Shown: positions 14,326 to 30,290 of the stretch, in pieces
How the letters are laid out: each line of letters opens with the position of its first letter
Position numbering within the stretch: the first letter of the stretch is position 1
Assembly (NCBI GenBank): GCA_964016885.1
Contig: OZ024761.1
Location: 24,738,001 to 24,802,000, forward strand
Length of the DNA: 64,000 nt
Reading direction: 5' to 3'
DNA from: Eledone cirrhosa
Lineage: Eukaryota
Notes under the pieces: generated by a model
Database searches by the model: none
What the model was told of the DNA's origin: nothing
The model's input: the letters and a program-made list of their open reading frames with translations, nothing else
Program-made: the position numbers and the translations under genes

Positions 14326-15599
14326 TTACATAGGCGTAAGTGTTACAACAGCAGCTGCTGTGAGAAATATTGACGAAATCTTGATCTGTATGGGATATAT
14401 ATATATATATTTGTTTATTTAAATATACATTGTGTTATAGATTCATGTAACTTATACGGATAATTTTACTCTATATGTATGCCCAATATGGGAGCCTGCT
14501 GTCCATGTCCAGAAGCTAGATCCCGACCTCAATGCTACATGCCGCCTCGTCACAGCCTGCCTGAAATCTACAGCTACGGAACGTCTACATATCCTGGCAG
14601 GTATAGCTCCACCAGAGATACGACGAAGTGAATCAAGCAAGAAAGACCGTCAACAATTGACTACAGATCAAAAATATCCTCTCTTTAGCCGATTGCCAGC
14701 TAAAGGCCGCCTTAAATCCAGTAAAAGTCTCCAAAGGAGCACCATGTCACATCTAGCACAGCTCTGTAAATGACACTTATGTGGACACGATAAGAAGAAG
14801 AAGAGTCTATATGATTGTAGCAATGTTCATTAGAGTGACTATTAACAAAAGTAGTATAAGGAAGGGGATCATATTGATATCATAATAGTTATTGCAATGC
14901 TATCATAGTATAACTAAAACATTTAATCAATGATTAAATGTTTCGAAGGGTTTTAATAATTTAATAATATTCAATGTTGATATATTGATATACTGGAAAT
15001 ATATTCCATGTAAAATATATTTGGTTACTGCATTAACGGGACAATAATAACATCAATGTGAGAATGTAGTATTATAGATATTAATATTAAGTTTAGAATA
15101 GGTTAAAAGAAAGAGTTTTTGACGGTATATTGACAGAATCTTTAGAGCGTCAGATAGAATACTTGAGGTATTAATTTCGAGCCTCACCGTTTTCTGAGTT
15201 CCAATATAGAGGCGGTCTCGTTTAGCTTTCATCCTTTGGACGTCGATAAAATGTATCAGTCCGATACTTGGGTCGACATTTCTTTTATATCTCTTTTTCA
15301 CTTCCTCTCTTTCATTGTCATACTTGTTGGACTTATCCCTTGGCAGACATCACCCGTGATCAGACATGGAGAAGGGAAGGGCTACCGAAAGGACTATAGT
15401 GCCCAAGACACACCGTATATAACAACGATGACGTAACGACTCCATTCTAACTGATTTTCTAACAACGCTACTAATTCGACGCCCCTAATAGTGAAACATG
15501 TGATATAATACATGTATCAATATAGAAATAGTGTCCATTGATTAATGATATAATATTTTTAGGTACCCTGTCTCTGCTATCTCCACTTATCGTGCTTCC
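14326..15599 (-). pseudogene. Orphan 3' half (linker exon + GPI-tail exon) of the six-Cys family
   Basis: Linker exon 15567-15599 (GSTISGDSRDR) has acceptor CAT instead of CAG; tail exon 14326-14385 [19 protein letters not shown]; no Cys exons found between 15600 and 19170. Confidence 0.65.
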
Positions 15600-15805
15600 A
15601 TGAAAAACAAAAGATTTGAGAAAATGGAAATGTCAATTGCTAAAGCTTTATATATATATATATATATATATGTAGATAAATCTACCAAGAGTTTACGGTA
15701 GTGTCCAATCCGTATGAAGAACTCAATGTAATCCGGATATCATGGAAAGAAGAGATGCAATGAAAAATCACTTTCGGTGAAAGATAAACGGAATACAGAG
15801 TCAAG

Positions 15806-16070
15806 ATAAAATATTAAAAAAATAATGAATAAAACAATGAAACAGTTCCTTATATTAAACAAAAAAAGTTCATTATTTAACGATCGTTTCTAGGATATAT
15901 ATGTGTTAACACATATATAATTTTGTATAATTTTGTACATAGATCTGTTGAATATGCATGCCAATTCTAACACATATATATCCTAGAAACGATCGTTAAA
16001 TAATGAACTTTTTTTGTTTAATATAAGGAACTGTTTCATTGTTTTATTCATTATTTTTTTAATATTTTAT
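15806..16070. repeat. Foldback element
   Basis: About 100-bp arms 15806-15908 and 15978-16070. Confidence 0.85.
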
Positions 16071-16246
16071 ATATATATATATATATACATGTGTGTGTGT
16101 GTGTGTGTGTTTGTATATACGTATGAGAATAACGACAGACCCTCCATCCCAGCTCTACTTTTGAAAAGCAGAAGAACTGCGAAACCGGTAAAGGAACGAA
16201 ATAAATATATATATATTTTTTTAAATAAGACTCCAGTTGCATTTTC

Positions 16247-16327
<81 letters not shown>

Positions 16328-16426
16328 ATATATATATATATATATATAACAAAGGAATTGTGGTAAGGAACCAGGTGGACCATAACGCACCAGAGTACTC
16401 AATACTTAGGGTAGTAGAGTGGGAAA

Positions 16427-16540
16427 TAGGAAAAAGTATGACCCCGACGGCAGAGCTCAAGCCGTTTCGACGGCTATTTCTGTCCAGAAATAGCCGTCGA
16501 AACGGCTTGAGCTCTGCCGTCGGGGTCATACTTTTCCCTA
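16427..16540. repeat. Near-perfect palindrome of a short (TA)n-flanked element family
   Basis: gacggcagagctcaagccgtttcgacggctatttct..agaaatagccgtcgaaacggcttgagctctgccgtc; other copies at about 10961-11020, 25754-25860, 38280-38385 and 48305-48440. Confidence 0.9.
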
Positions 16541-16845
16541 TATATATATATATATAAATATACATAATAAATGGAATATGAGTTTTTCGATTATTAATAA
16601 TAGCATTCGATTCGTTTGCAATCATGCAAACAAGCCCCAATTTTATAGCCATGTCAGTAGAATGAACCCTTCATTCTTGCTCTTGTGTTGGCATACATAA
16701 TTGCAAACGAATCCTGGGTTGCAAGATTTCTAAATTTTACTCAGTAGTAATGACAAATCCAAATGCGCATGCCTATATACTCACGCTGAGATACAGACAC
16801 ACACACACAGAAACAAACAAACAAACAAACAAACAAACAAACAAA

Positions 16846-18305
<1,460 letters not shown>

Positions 18306-18411
18306 GTAGACCAAGTACGTAAATCTCTTCAATCCATGAAACTGATATTTTCCAATGGAAATGCAAAGACCGATAAATATTGAAAACGCTGCTGTCTAGG
18401 CTAATATTATA

Positions 18412-18497
<86 letters not shown>

Positions 18498-18616
18498 TAA
18501 AGAATTTATATCTAGTAACATATATATATACACATACAGATGCATATCGATGCTAGCAAATATATAGGTTTTGTCTTAATAACATTGTGGTTCAATGCAT
18601 GGGGTTGCAGAACAAT

Positions 18617-18895
18617 AAAATAAGAAAATTATAAAATTAACTTACTAACTGAAATATCACTTCCAACTAATTAGTTTCTGGAATGGAATAAATACATCTT
18701 CCGAAGAAGGTTTAGAGAAGCATCCCGTCATCAGGAAAGTCTATTCTCATATAAGTTTCCAGGCAAATCGAGGACTCTGGAAGTTTATTAAAAAATAAAT
18801 CATTGAATAGGAAGATGTATTTATTCCATTCCAGAAACTAATTAGTTGGAAGTGATATTTTAGTAAGTAAGTTAATTTTATAATTTTCTTATTTT
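18617..18895. repeat. Foldback element
   Basis: About 85-bp arms around an approximately 105-bp spacer. Confidence 0.85.
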
Positions 18896-19177
18896 ACGTC
18901 TCATATATATATATATATATATAGAAGAAGTTTATGAAACGGAAATGCGGGTATAAAGAATTTATTAGGTAACAATTGTTTATATAGTGTATGGGTTACC
19001 TATACCTCGCTATTTGAATAATATAAAAATATTATCATAAACCGAAGGTACACTGTAAGAAAACACACCATGTCTTCAGACCTTTGTAGTGGAATGATAT
19101 GAAAAATCTTTCATATCATTCCACTTTCAAAGTTACAACATAAGACTGATTTCAGTTAGAGGAACAAATTTCTTTAT

Positions 19178-21057
19178 TTACATAAGCGTGAGTGTTATAA
19201 CAGCAGTTGCAGTGAGAAATATTGGAGAAATCTTGACCTGTAAGTGAAATATATATATTTGTTTATGTAAATATATATTTAGATTCATGTAAAAATAAAA
19301 GGATAATGTATTACCAATATGGGAGCCTGCTGTCCATATCCAGGAGTTAGATCCCACCCTCAATGCTACCTGCCACCTCATCACAGGCTGCTTGAAATCT
19401 ACAGCTACGTACCGTCTACATATCCTGGCATAGATATGACGTAGTGCGGCAAACAAGAAAGAGCGTCAACAACATACTACATATAAAAAATATCCTCTCT
19501 TTGCTCATATTCCACCCAAAAGCCGCCTTAAATCCAAGAAAAGTCTCCAAAAAGAGCACCATGCCACATATAGCACAGCTGTGTAACTGACACTCTTGTG
19601 GACAGGATGAGAAGAAAACTCTATATAAGGTTGTAATCTTAATTAGAATGGCCATTAACAAAAGTAGTATAAGGAAGGGGATCATATTGATATCATAATA
19701 GTTATTGCAATGCTACCATAGTATAACTAAAACATTTAATCAGTGATTAAATGTTTTGAAGTGTTTTAATAAATTAATAATATTCAATGTTGATATATTG
19801 ATATACTGGAAATATATTCCATGTAAAATATATTTGGTTACTGCATTAACGGGACAATAATAACATCGTTGTGATAATGTAGTGTTATAGATCTTAATAT
19901 TAAGTTTAGAATAGGTTAAAAGAAAGAGTTTTTGACGGTATATTGACAGAATCTTTAGAGCGTAAGATAGAATACTTGAGGTATCAATTTCGAGCCTCAC
20001 TGTTTTGTGAGTTAAAATATAGAGGCGGTCTCCTTTAGCTTTCATCCTTTGGAAGTCGATAAAACGTATCAGTCCGATACATGGGTCGATATTTCGTTTA
20101 TATCTCTTTTTTACTGCCTCTCTTTCAATATCACACTCGTTTCACTTATTCAGCCGTCATCAGACATGTTACAGGGAAGGGCTACCGAAAGGACTATAGT
20201 GCTCAAGACACGCCGTATAAAACAACGAAGTCGTAACAACTCCATTCTAACTGATGTTCTAACAACGCTACTAATTCGACGCGCCTAATAGTGAAACATG
20301 TGATTGAAATAATTGTTTCTACTTTTGGCACAAGGCCAGCATTTACCTAGTACATTACTGGTACTTTATTTTATCGACCCCGTAAGGATGAAAGGCAAAG
20401 TTAACCTCGGCGGGACTTGAGGTTAACTTTGCCTTTCATCCTTACGGGGTCGATAAAATAAAGTACCAGTAATGTCGATTGATTAGTGATATAAATCTGT
20501 TACGTACCCCTTGTCTGCTAGCGCCACTGGTTGACTGAAACAAAAGAGTTGAGAATAAGTCAATGTCAATTGCTAAAGCCTCACGTATATATACATACAT
20601 ACATACATACAAAACCTGACAAAGGGCGGATGAATTCATAAGAGGCAACGGTCATCCGAAAGTGTGTAAATATGTATATACACATGTACCACGCGGTTAA
20701 ACCGCTGGGAGTGAAGGACCCCTAGCATTTGTCAGGGCATTATTCAAGGAGATGGCAACTGAGGAATCTGGGATAACTCCGATATAAAACCCGCGGCTCA
20801 GTAGTTAGAGATGATGTTGATCTTTTCTACTTTTCGGGTTATAGCTACTGTCGCTCAGAGAGTGGGATTGGCTCAGTGCACAGTCTTTCCACACTTAAAA
20901 AAATATCCTCAAGCACAGGCATTGCACGAATAATTAGTAATAATGATATATCGTGCAATCGTCATACTCGATAACGAGGGGGCAGCCATCATATATATAT
21001 ATTTATATATACATGAGGCTTTAGCAATATTCCAACAATATGACGCTCCCCAAATAT

Positions 21058-21093
<36 letters not shown>

Positions 21094-21123
21094 TTATTTA
21101 TTTTTTATAAGGACAGATTAAAG

Positions 21124-21191
<68 letters not shown>

Positions 21192-21793
21192 AAGTTAAAT
21201 AAAAAGTCAAATATTTAAAATTTAGCTTCGTTTATTGATGCTATATATATTTCAGTGACAGCCATCTTTGGCTGTGACCTCTTCAGGCAGTCCGAATTAG
21301 TGTGGTATAGACAAGTACATATGTTGTTGAGGTGTATAATATTGTCAATACTCTGATATGCCCAGTTCCTGGTTGGGTTGTTAATTCACTGAGGAACTGG
21401 AATCAGTATTATTTCTAGCATAACCATTCGCACCGCATATGACTTTCAACGCACGAGGTATAAGCTTTAGTGAGTTTATTATCCTTAACGGGATCTTCTG
21501 AAACTAACAAAGTCAATCTGTAAACGCAGAACTGGATATTTCAAAAAACGTTGCAACCGGAGGAAGACAGGAAGACGATACTTTGGTTCGTGGAAACGTT
21601 CGCTGGCAAAGAACGGGAAAAAACAAATAATACGTCATTATTAGTCTTCAATTTTATTATTATTACTATTTGGCTCCTTCGGTTGAGCACTCTACTGACT
21701 TATATTCATCATGCAGAAACAACATCTGAATATTTCTACAAAGATCATACCCGTACCAAGCAAGAAAACATACCTAAAACTCCTGATACAGAA

Positions 21794-21836
<43 letters not shown>

Positions 21837-22242
21837 AACAGATTAAAGTTTAAGCAAAGAAACGCTGTTTCTTCCCTTAAGACGGTGTACTCAAAATATA
21901 AATAAACCTGACTAACTTACGTTGCAATGACTATTGTATTTAGCCTTGAACCAATCTTCACATTTATAAGATGTACCTTCGAAGCACGACCAAAATCCTT
22001 GGAAGTTGCTGTAATACGTTTAAAATGACAATCTCATTAACAAAATGTACATGTGCGTGTGTGTATGTGTTTACAAGGTTCGACTGAAACGGTCATGGGG
22101 GAATATGAAAGAGTGATGCTCGGACTGTGAACTCTTACTAAATAAATTGTTTCTTACCAGGGATTATATGGAAAAATAAACCTCATTTGATCATTCCATT
22201 AGCGTATTTTGGTCAGCCTATAACATTTTCAGTGGACTTTTG

Positions 22243-22306
<64 letters not shown>

Positions 22307-22341
22307 TACATATATATATATATATAAATGTGTGTGTATAT

Positions 22342-22394
<53 letters not shown>

Positions 22395-24936
22395 ATGTAG
22401 GGTCTCCCAAAGGAGCACTGAGTGCAATGTCAACTCTGGATGTCGGTGAGCATGTCCAGCTAACCTCAATCTCCTCTGGGTCACTTTTGAGCTGACTTTT
22501 GGGATGCTCCCGTACAGCTCTGAGTTTGTCATCCTCATGGTCACACTAGAAGTGGAAGACCAAGGTTAACGTATGTTGATGCCCTAAGCACAGACACTGG
22601 TCTGTTGGAGACGCAGGACATGGCAGCGATAATGAGGGACATAGATCGCTGGAGAGAACTCGTCCATGGATCTCGGGAATTTTATCCGCCTTAGATATAT
22701 ATATATATACACATATATTCATATATATACCCTCGTAATTTTAGACACGGGTTTACTGTGTTTACTTCTACACATATTAATATTATAAGTGTTTATAATT
22801 TTTGGCACAAGGCCATCAATTACCCAGTGCATTACTGGTTCTTTATTTTATCGACCCCATAACGATGAAAGGCAAAGTTAACCTCAGCGGGATAATACTC
22901 AGTATTCATACTTTCAGCATGTTAATTGCAGGGTATCTATATGAGTTATTAACTCTATATTTTATTTGTATTTCGGCTCCTTATCTGTTGAGCTTATAAA
23001 CATGAGTGTAAATAGGCTATTATTTCTAGCATAACCATTCGCACCGCATATGACTTTCAACACACGAGGTGTAAGCTTTAGTGAGTTTATTGTTATGGGT
23101 GTTATGTAACATTTAATCTAATCTGCTGATGACGAAATGCCTACGGATTATTTGTTACAAACACGATTCATTCAGGGCGAAACAGATTAAATCTTTAGTC
23201 TGTCCGGGAGATGAAATGGTTATTGATATGGTATGTATGAAAAATCTTGTAAGAAATCTTGTAAAATCCCATATGATTCAGGTTGAATGATATATAACAT
23301 TTGTGGTGTAATCTACCCTCGTAATTTTAGACACGGGTTTACTGTGTTTACTTCTATTACTCATATTAATATTATAATGGTCACTATTTATAATTTGAGC
23401 TTGTTAATGGCAGGGTATCTATATGAGTTAATATATATATATATATATTTATTTATTAGTTAAACAAAACAAGACCACACATTTCACAAGGAAGAGATTA
23501 TTAAATAATTGTCAACATATTTTAGTTTGATGTAAGGAATGTAGAGAATAATAATAATATTAATAATAATAATGTCCGTTTACAATTGTTTCGCTACTCC
23601 ATATAATAGTTCTAGATCAAATGACTATATATCATTATTGATCTGGTTCAGTTGAAAATAATTAACATATTTAAAGACAGAGCGGCTCGTCGGAACTTCA
23701 AAGGAATATATATTAAAATAAGGAGAGAGTGTTACATAATGTAATGTTCCATGTATTGGTATTTCACTATGGTGTCCTGGGTGTATCAATTGTCTGCCAT
23801 AATCAAGCAGTATTCATCTGTCGAGGCTGCGTATATATATATTTATATATTTATATATATATTAGAAATATAAATTTAAATATAAAATGTCAAGATGACG
23901 ATAGAATTTTACATTAGCATATTTAATCATCCCAAATATTATTTAAAACCCCATTATCAAGGGCGTATCGCTGTGAAGGTATGAAAGGTCTTCTCCGAGG
24001 TGAGGTGTGTGTTAGAATGGCAGATCTTTCGATAATGGGGTATTAAACCCGAAACTATTTAGGATAATTAAAATTACTAAGGTAAAATACTATCATTATC
24101 TTGGCACAAGTTCAAATCCCACCGAGGTTAACTTTGCCTTTCATCCTTATGGGGTCGATAAAATAACGTACCAGTAATGCACTGGTTAAATGCTGGCCCT
24201 GTGCCAAACGTAGAAACAATTATCTTGGCACAAAGTGTTACGGCCCTTTAAGGTCGGAGTTCAAATCCCGCTGAGGTTAACTTTACCTTTCATCCTTACC
24301 AGGTCGATAAAATAATGAACCATTAATACACTGGGATAATTGTTGGCCTTGTGCCAAAAGCAGAGACGATTATCTCGGCACAATTAACCTTCTAATGCTT
24401 TTTATGGCTTTAAAATTATCAAACTGATATGTATCTATATACAGAAGAATAGAGGATTGAGAAGGAGATATAGAGGTAGAAATAACCCCAGTATTAGTCT
24501 GGTATATTTTTTCATCGAAATGTTGGAAGACAAAGTCGATCTCGATGGGATTTGAACTTAGAGGGCAACATGCCGAAACTAATATTCCAGAGGATTCTAT
24601 CCAACGCTCAAACAACTCAGTCACTGCGTCACCTAACATCAGGGGTTAAGAGATCTGAAAGAAAGTGGTATATACCTGCAGAATCTGTTCTTTAATGGCT
24701 CCTCCCATTTAGGACAGTAAAACGTCACGAAGGTCGAACATACAACTTTATAAGGATCAAATTGTTCATCTTTAGGATAAAATAATATATGAATTATCTT
24801 TAGGACAAAATAAAATATAAATAATCTTTAGGACAAAATAAAATATGAATTTGTTTAGATTTCAAATTATTCGAATATAGAAATGTTATTACACACGCAT
24901 TCACACACACATATTTCTTTGTTTAAATATGTATGT

Positions 24937-25016
<80 letters not shown>

Positions 25017-25135
25017 GAAAATAGAGAAATTAATGTAAGCTAGAAACCAACATTAATTCAGCCATATAAATGACTATTACGTCAAGATGAAAAATATTTA
25101 ACGTAAGATATGGGAAAATAATTTAATCCCAATTA

Positions 25136-25189
<54 letters not shown>

Positions 25190-25702
25190 CGAGAGTCATT
25201 CGCCTTACGTCAAATCTGACCGTGGAAACAATTCATAGAAGTATCGAGAGTATATTGGAAGCTCTATTAAGCTGTCCCTCGTGCTACTCGTACCAATGTA
25301 GCAATATCTCCTGAAGGAAATAAAAAAAAATTGTTCGGTATAAAAACACAGAATATAAGAGAACATTGTTTTATATCGGAGTATTTTAGTGACATTGATT
25401 AGATAGAAAACACGGAAATTATACGTACCGTTCATACACAGGGCAAACCCTGAAATAAAACAGAGGGCCAATGTGTGAATTGTGGTTAATCAATGAGGTA
25501 TTGTGTATGTGTATATGTGAGTATGGGTGTAAGTGTGAGCAACAATAGATTCGTGTATGCATAGATGGGCACACTCACACGCATACATACATACAGGCAG
25601 ATGAATATACTTGTTTAAGTATATATATGTACGTACGTATGTATATATACAAATATATGTAAGCATGTATGTATGTATATACATATATATATATATATAT
25701 GC

Positions 25703-25752
<50 letters not shown>

Positions 25753-25946
25753 GTTTAACCCCGACGGCAGAGCTCAATCCGTTTCGACGGCAATTTCTGG
25801 ACTAAAAGTAGTCCAGAAATAGCCGTCGAAACGGCTTGAGCTCTGCCGTTGGGGTTAAACATTTTCCTATTACCCACTCTACTACCCTAAGTATTGAGTA
25901 CTCTGGTGCGTTATGGTCCATCTGGTTCCCTACCACACTTCCTTCG

Positions 25947-26011
<65 letters not shown>

Positions 26012-27583
26012 AGTAGAACACTGGTGGCTTATATCCGTTGGAGTAGAGAACTAAATCCATGGGACGAGTTTGATAGAATCAGTTCCACAAATGTTAATTC
26101 AACATTTCCGAGAACAATTGTTTCACCTTAGTCGGATCACCAGCTCGGTTTAAATGAGGTTGTACGGAAAAGGAAAATCAACTGTACGAATATGCATGAG
26201 TAGAAGCAGTCAAATGTGGAAACTCATAATAATTGTTTCTACTTTTGGCACAAGGCCGGCAATTACCCATTGTATTACTGGTACTTTATTTTATCGGCCC
26301 CGTAAGGATGAAAGGCAAAGTGAACCCCGGCGGGATTTGAACTCACACCATAAAGGGCCATACCTCTCTGCTGCAAACCATGGCGTCCGACTGTCTACTG
26401 ATACTGCCAATCCACCACTGGAAACTCATAATAATAATAGATCCTTTATGTTATTCAGTCCAGAATATATTAGATTATTCATGTTAGTTAATCTGGAGAT
26501 TGGTAATTACGTAATATGTGTTTCCAAACGTGCGGACCAGAGGAGAAAATCTCATTCCTTGTATACAGGGAGCCGACCGAACGCACGTATATACATATAC
26601 AGAGAAAGATGGAGCGCTAGGTCCAGAAACGTACGGACTCTCGAAAACCATGAGGAATTAACAAAAATGATCGCACATGCGGTGGAGGCCAGTATAAAAC
26701 TGACCTTTATGGTACATATGTTCATGAGACAAATGGGACTTGCCCCATGTATAGCAGCACATTTTGTAACAGAATAGAAAGGATTAGGAATAAGGCAAAT
26801 AAAATCAACTCATGGTGTGATAGCAATAAATACCAGAGAGTAATCTTCGTCAATAGAACCCCTTGATGCGTACTAACTTATAGATTTAGAAGGGCTCTAG
26901 TCAAGCTCAAATTACATATTAAGATAGTTGGAAGACCAGGTATTCCCATGAAAATCATAATTAGTAAAACATACCCTTTTCTAACATACCCATGTACTAA
27001 TAGTAAATGCATAGTCTACAAACTAAGCCTACAAACTAACTGCAAAATGAGGAACGTAGTATATAGCACAAGATGTACCGAGGTACAGTGTGAAAATAAG
27101 AACATAACATACACATGTGAAACAGCCTGTAGCATACCAGAAAGGATAAGTGAACATTGGCGAGAAAACCAGGATGGGAAAATCTCATCAGTACTCCACC
27201 AATATACCAAAATAGATCATAGGGGCACATTTGAGAACATAGAGATAAAAATGATATCCACACAGAGAAAAGATGCAATACTCAGACAAATCACAGAGGC
27301 GACAAACATAAACGAACTCCAAACAAAATTAAACAGAAAACATGATGATATACAGAGTCACACATAGACCAAAATAACTGAACAAATAAGGTACACACAA
27401 ATAAAACACACAACCATCTATTTGCAAGAAATAAACACATACATAAATAAATAAAAACACACACATAAATAAATAAATAAAAACCAACGTTTAGAGTTTA
27501 AAAACGAATTTATATATATATATTTTTTTTATACATATATTTGTATATATATATATAATTATATATATTGTTTGCGTTACATA

Positions 27584-27646
<63 letters not shown>

Positions 27647-27777
27647 CAGATTCAAGTTTAAGCAACGAATCACTGCTTTCACCCTTAACGGGATCTTCTG
27701 AAACTCATATAATTTCAGAAGATCCCGTTAAGGGTGAAAGCAGCGATTCTTTGCTTAAACTTTAATCTGTCATTTTA

Positions 27778-27808
<31 letters not shown>

Positions 27809-28209
27809 TTGGTATTAGAATGAAATAGTATGGTAGAATATTAAATGTTAAGTGTTAATTGAACAAGTACTTTCATGCTTTCGCAATCTTCAGGTTCATA
27901 TTCTGTGGTGACAGTCAAGTTTGCAATTTTCAACTGACTCCAAAATTGCAAACTTGACTGTCACCACAGAATATGAACCTGAAGATTGCGAAAGCAGGAA
28001 AGTACTTGTTCAATTAACACTTAACATTTAATATTCTACCATACTATTTCATTCTAATACCATTATACATTATAAAGGATTGTAAATAAAACGAGTAAAT
28101 AAAACGAGTAAATAAAACGAGTATATATATATATATACACATATATATATATATTTCCTTTTTCTAATATATATATATGTATATGCACACACATACCCCC
28201 CTCCCCACA

Positions 28210-28244
<35 letters not shown>

Positions 28245-28335
28245 GGATGTATATATATATATATATATATATATACATTTTACTGGGCTACTTACCAATA
28301 AAGAGAAGGAAGAGAAATATTGCAGCTTTCATCAT
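19178..28335 (-). CDS. Paralog 2 of the six-Cys GPI-like family
   Basis: Exons 28296-28335 ([13 protein letters not shown]), 25294-25310 (17-nt micro-exon, phase problem, see findings), 24676-24769, 21921-22008, 20508-20534, 19178-19237. Mature part: [89 protein letters not shown]. Confidence 0.75.
22395..22692. mobile_element. RTE-like LINE 3' end with 5' inversion
   Basis: Minus arm [33 protein letters not shown]; plus arm continues [16 protein letters not shown]...MRDIDRWR; flanked by (TA)n. Related 3' end at about 43160-43250 (minus). Confidence 0.65.
26480..27490 (+). mobile_element. Old PLE fossil (related subfamily) in intron 1 of paralog 2
   Basis: [12 protein letters not shown] and [32 protein letters not shown]. 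Confidence 0.8.
27645..27770. repeat. Foldback element (also at about 48499-48630; single arms at 21480 and 31320)
   Basis: ctttcacccttaacgggatcttctgaaa / tttcagaagatcccgttaagggtgaaag. Confidence 0.85.
27808..28064. repeat. Foldback with about 120-bp arms
   Basis: Arms nearly perfect around an approximately 11-nt spacer at about 27931-27941. Confidence 0.9.
27974..28012 (+). ncRNA. Minimal type I hammerhead ribozyme (mirror copy 27860-27898 on minus)
   Basis: TGAAC-CTGAAGA-TTGC-GAAA-GCAG-GAAA-GTAC-TT-GTTCA: 5-bp stem I, intact core, GNRA-capped stem II, palindromic stem III. Confidence 0.8.
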
Positions 28336-28727
28336 GGATGTCTACGCTAAATTCAACGCCAGAATATGTAATAGTCACCTTTGGAAGTTCATCTTAAATA
28401 TTTTATTCCAATGTGCCAGATGTTAGTCCACGTTAAAACAATATATTTATTTCATATATATATTGTGATGTTTTAGTGATATATTTTGACGTTTTAACTG
28501 CATTACGTTGCTTTGTTTGGGGATATATTTTCATGAAATATAATTTATAGATACTTTATTTAATTTAAGTATTTAAATGTTTTCGTTAACCTGCTCCTAC
28601 ATATGTAGATATGATGGACTCTCACGTCGATTTGAGCTATGAGGGTTCAACTGTCTTTTCAGTTCATACTTTTATGTTTATAACTCAATATTCACTTCAA
28701 TCCATCTGTTGATTTATACATTTCGTG

Positions 28728-29350
28728 CAAGTGACAGAATTTCAAACAAAATAGGCTGGAATGATTGACCAGTCTTTGGTGTTAGATCTTATCTCTCAGA
28801 GGTAGGCTAAACAAGATTTCTCAAATTTCTTTATGTCTCCGTGGCAAACATTTCTCCATCTTTGAGGGTTAGCAGTCATGGCTTCAAACGAAGAATTTGA
28901 CTGATTTTTGTTTGTCCTTATATCAGAGTAGTGGTCTGCCCACACTATGACCACCATCGTGGAACTGACTGTACAACAGTATTTTAGGTGTGAAACAAGT
29001 ACAGCATCATCAGCAAACCACAAATGATACTTTTTCGTGTGAGTGTTTTAGCCTTAAAGCGCTGATGGTTTAATAGCCTACCCCATGTACGGAACTCCAA
29101 TCTGACACCAGTGTCTAAGCCACCAAATGCATGCTGGAGCATTGCAGAAAAGAACAAAGCAAAGAGAACAGGAGCCATGACACAAGCCTGTTTCGCACCA
29201 TTTGTAACAGCAAAGGGTTCAGAGCATTCACCATCTGACATAACTGGTACTTCCATGCCATCATGGAAGGATATGATGATATTTTACATATTATCAGGTA
29301 TACCACGCTTTTTCAGTGTATTCCAATGAGTGTTGCGATTGAGAGTGTCA
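28728..29350 (-). mobile_element. RTE-clade LINE RT fossil
   Basis: SEPFAVTNGAKQACVMAPVLFALFFSAMLQHAF...GRLLNHQRFKAKT...FADDA. Confidence 0.8.
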
Positions 29351-29589
29351 ATATATAATATATATATAATTGTTTCTACTTTTGGCACAAGGCCAACAAT
29401 TACCCAGTGCATTACTGTATATATTATATATAATATATATGGAAAGCCATCAGAAGAGAGGGCCTTAATATCAAACTAGCACACTCCGGACATTCCCTGA
29501 GAAGAAGCCTCTCCACAAGACAACCCCCGAATGAGGATAACGGATGCGCCCTACCCAATTGCCCAATCCACAACACTAATTGATGCCTA

Positions 29590-30290
29590 CGTACCTACGT
29601 AGAATACAGGCTAGAATGAAACAAATGTAAACAATTTTACATAGACAGCACTATTTGACCATATTAAAGAGCATGTTACAACCTACACCTGGTCCTTCCG
29701 CAAACACATCATCAAATATGGGAACCGGGACAACGTTACGAACACAATCTTAGCTACGGAATGCAGTATAGGCATGCAGACAATGAAGGAAACCCTCTGA
29801 ATCAAGCAATTAAAACCTAGGATTAATAATCCAATGGAAAGAAAGGCACCAGAATGGCTAATTTAAAAGCCTAGATTCCAACATCATAACGGCCAGTTTC
29901 ATTCTTACTTTCAAATTAAATCTATGTCTTCACTAGGAAATACACCTAGATTTATACACATACATATATCGCATTTTCCCCCTTTTATTATATACATATT
30001 CGCACACATCTTTCACTACATAAACTTCATGCACACGCATACAAATATTCACGCATACACATGTATCATACATATATCATACATGCCACAACGCGCTCGT
30101 TCTAAATGTTAACGTCTTTTAATTTCATTTCACTTACATCTGCTCCGAGACCAAACAAATCAATCTGATCGATTTTTAACTCTCTTATAGGGTTACTCCC
30201 TTGATAACGGGATTTTATACCCGGAAATATTTGGGATCGTTAAACTTGCTAAGGTAAGGTTCATTTGTTATCTTGGCAATTTAACATTCC
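29590..30290 (+). mobile_element. 3' end of a second PLE family: GIY-YIG remnant plus terminal hammerhead-like motif
   Basis: YVEYRLE*NKCKQFYIDST..IKEHV...FRKHI...ILATE...KETL*IKQLKPRINN (29596-29866); hammerhead-like motif at 30197. Confidence 0.65.
30197..30236 (+). ncRNA. Minimal hammerhead with U3-A8 core
   Basis: TCCC-TTGATAA-CGGG..CCCG-GAAA-TAT-TT-GGGA, downstream of a GIY-YIG remnant. Confidence 0.55.

Larger units (their letters stand above)
11696..15650 (+). repeat. Segmental duplication, copy 2
   Basis: Matches 1-3895 with scattered substitutions and small indels. Confidence 0.9.
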
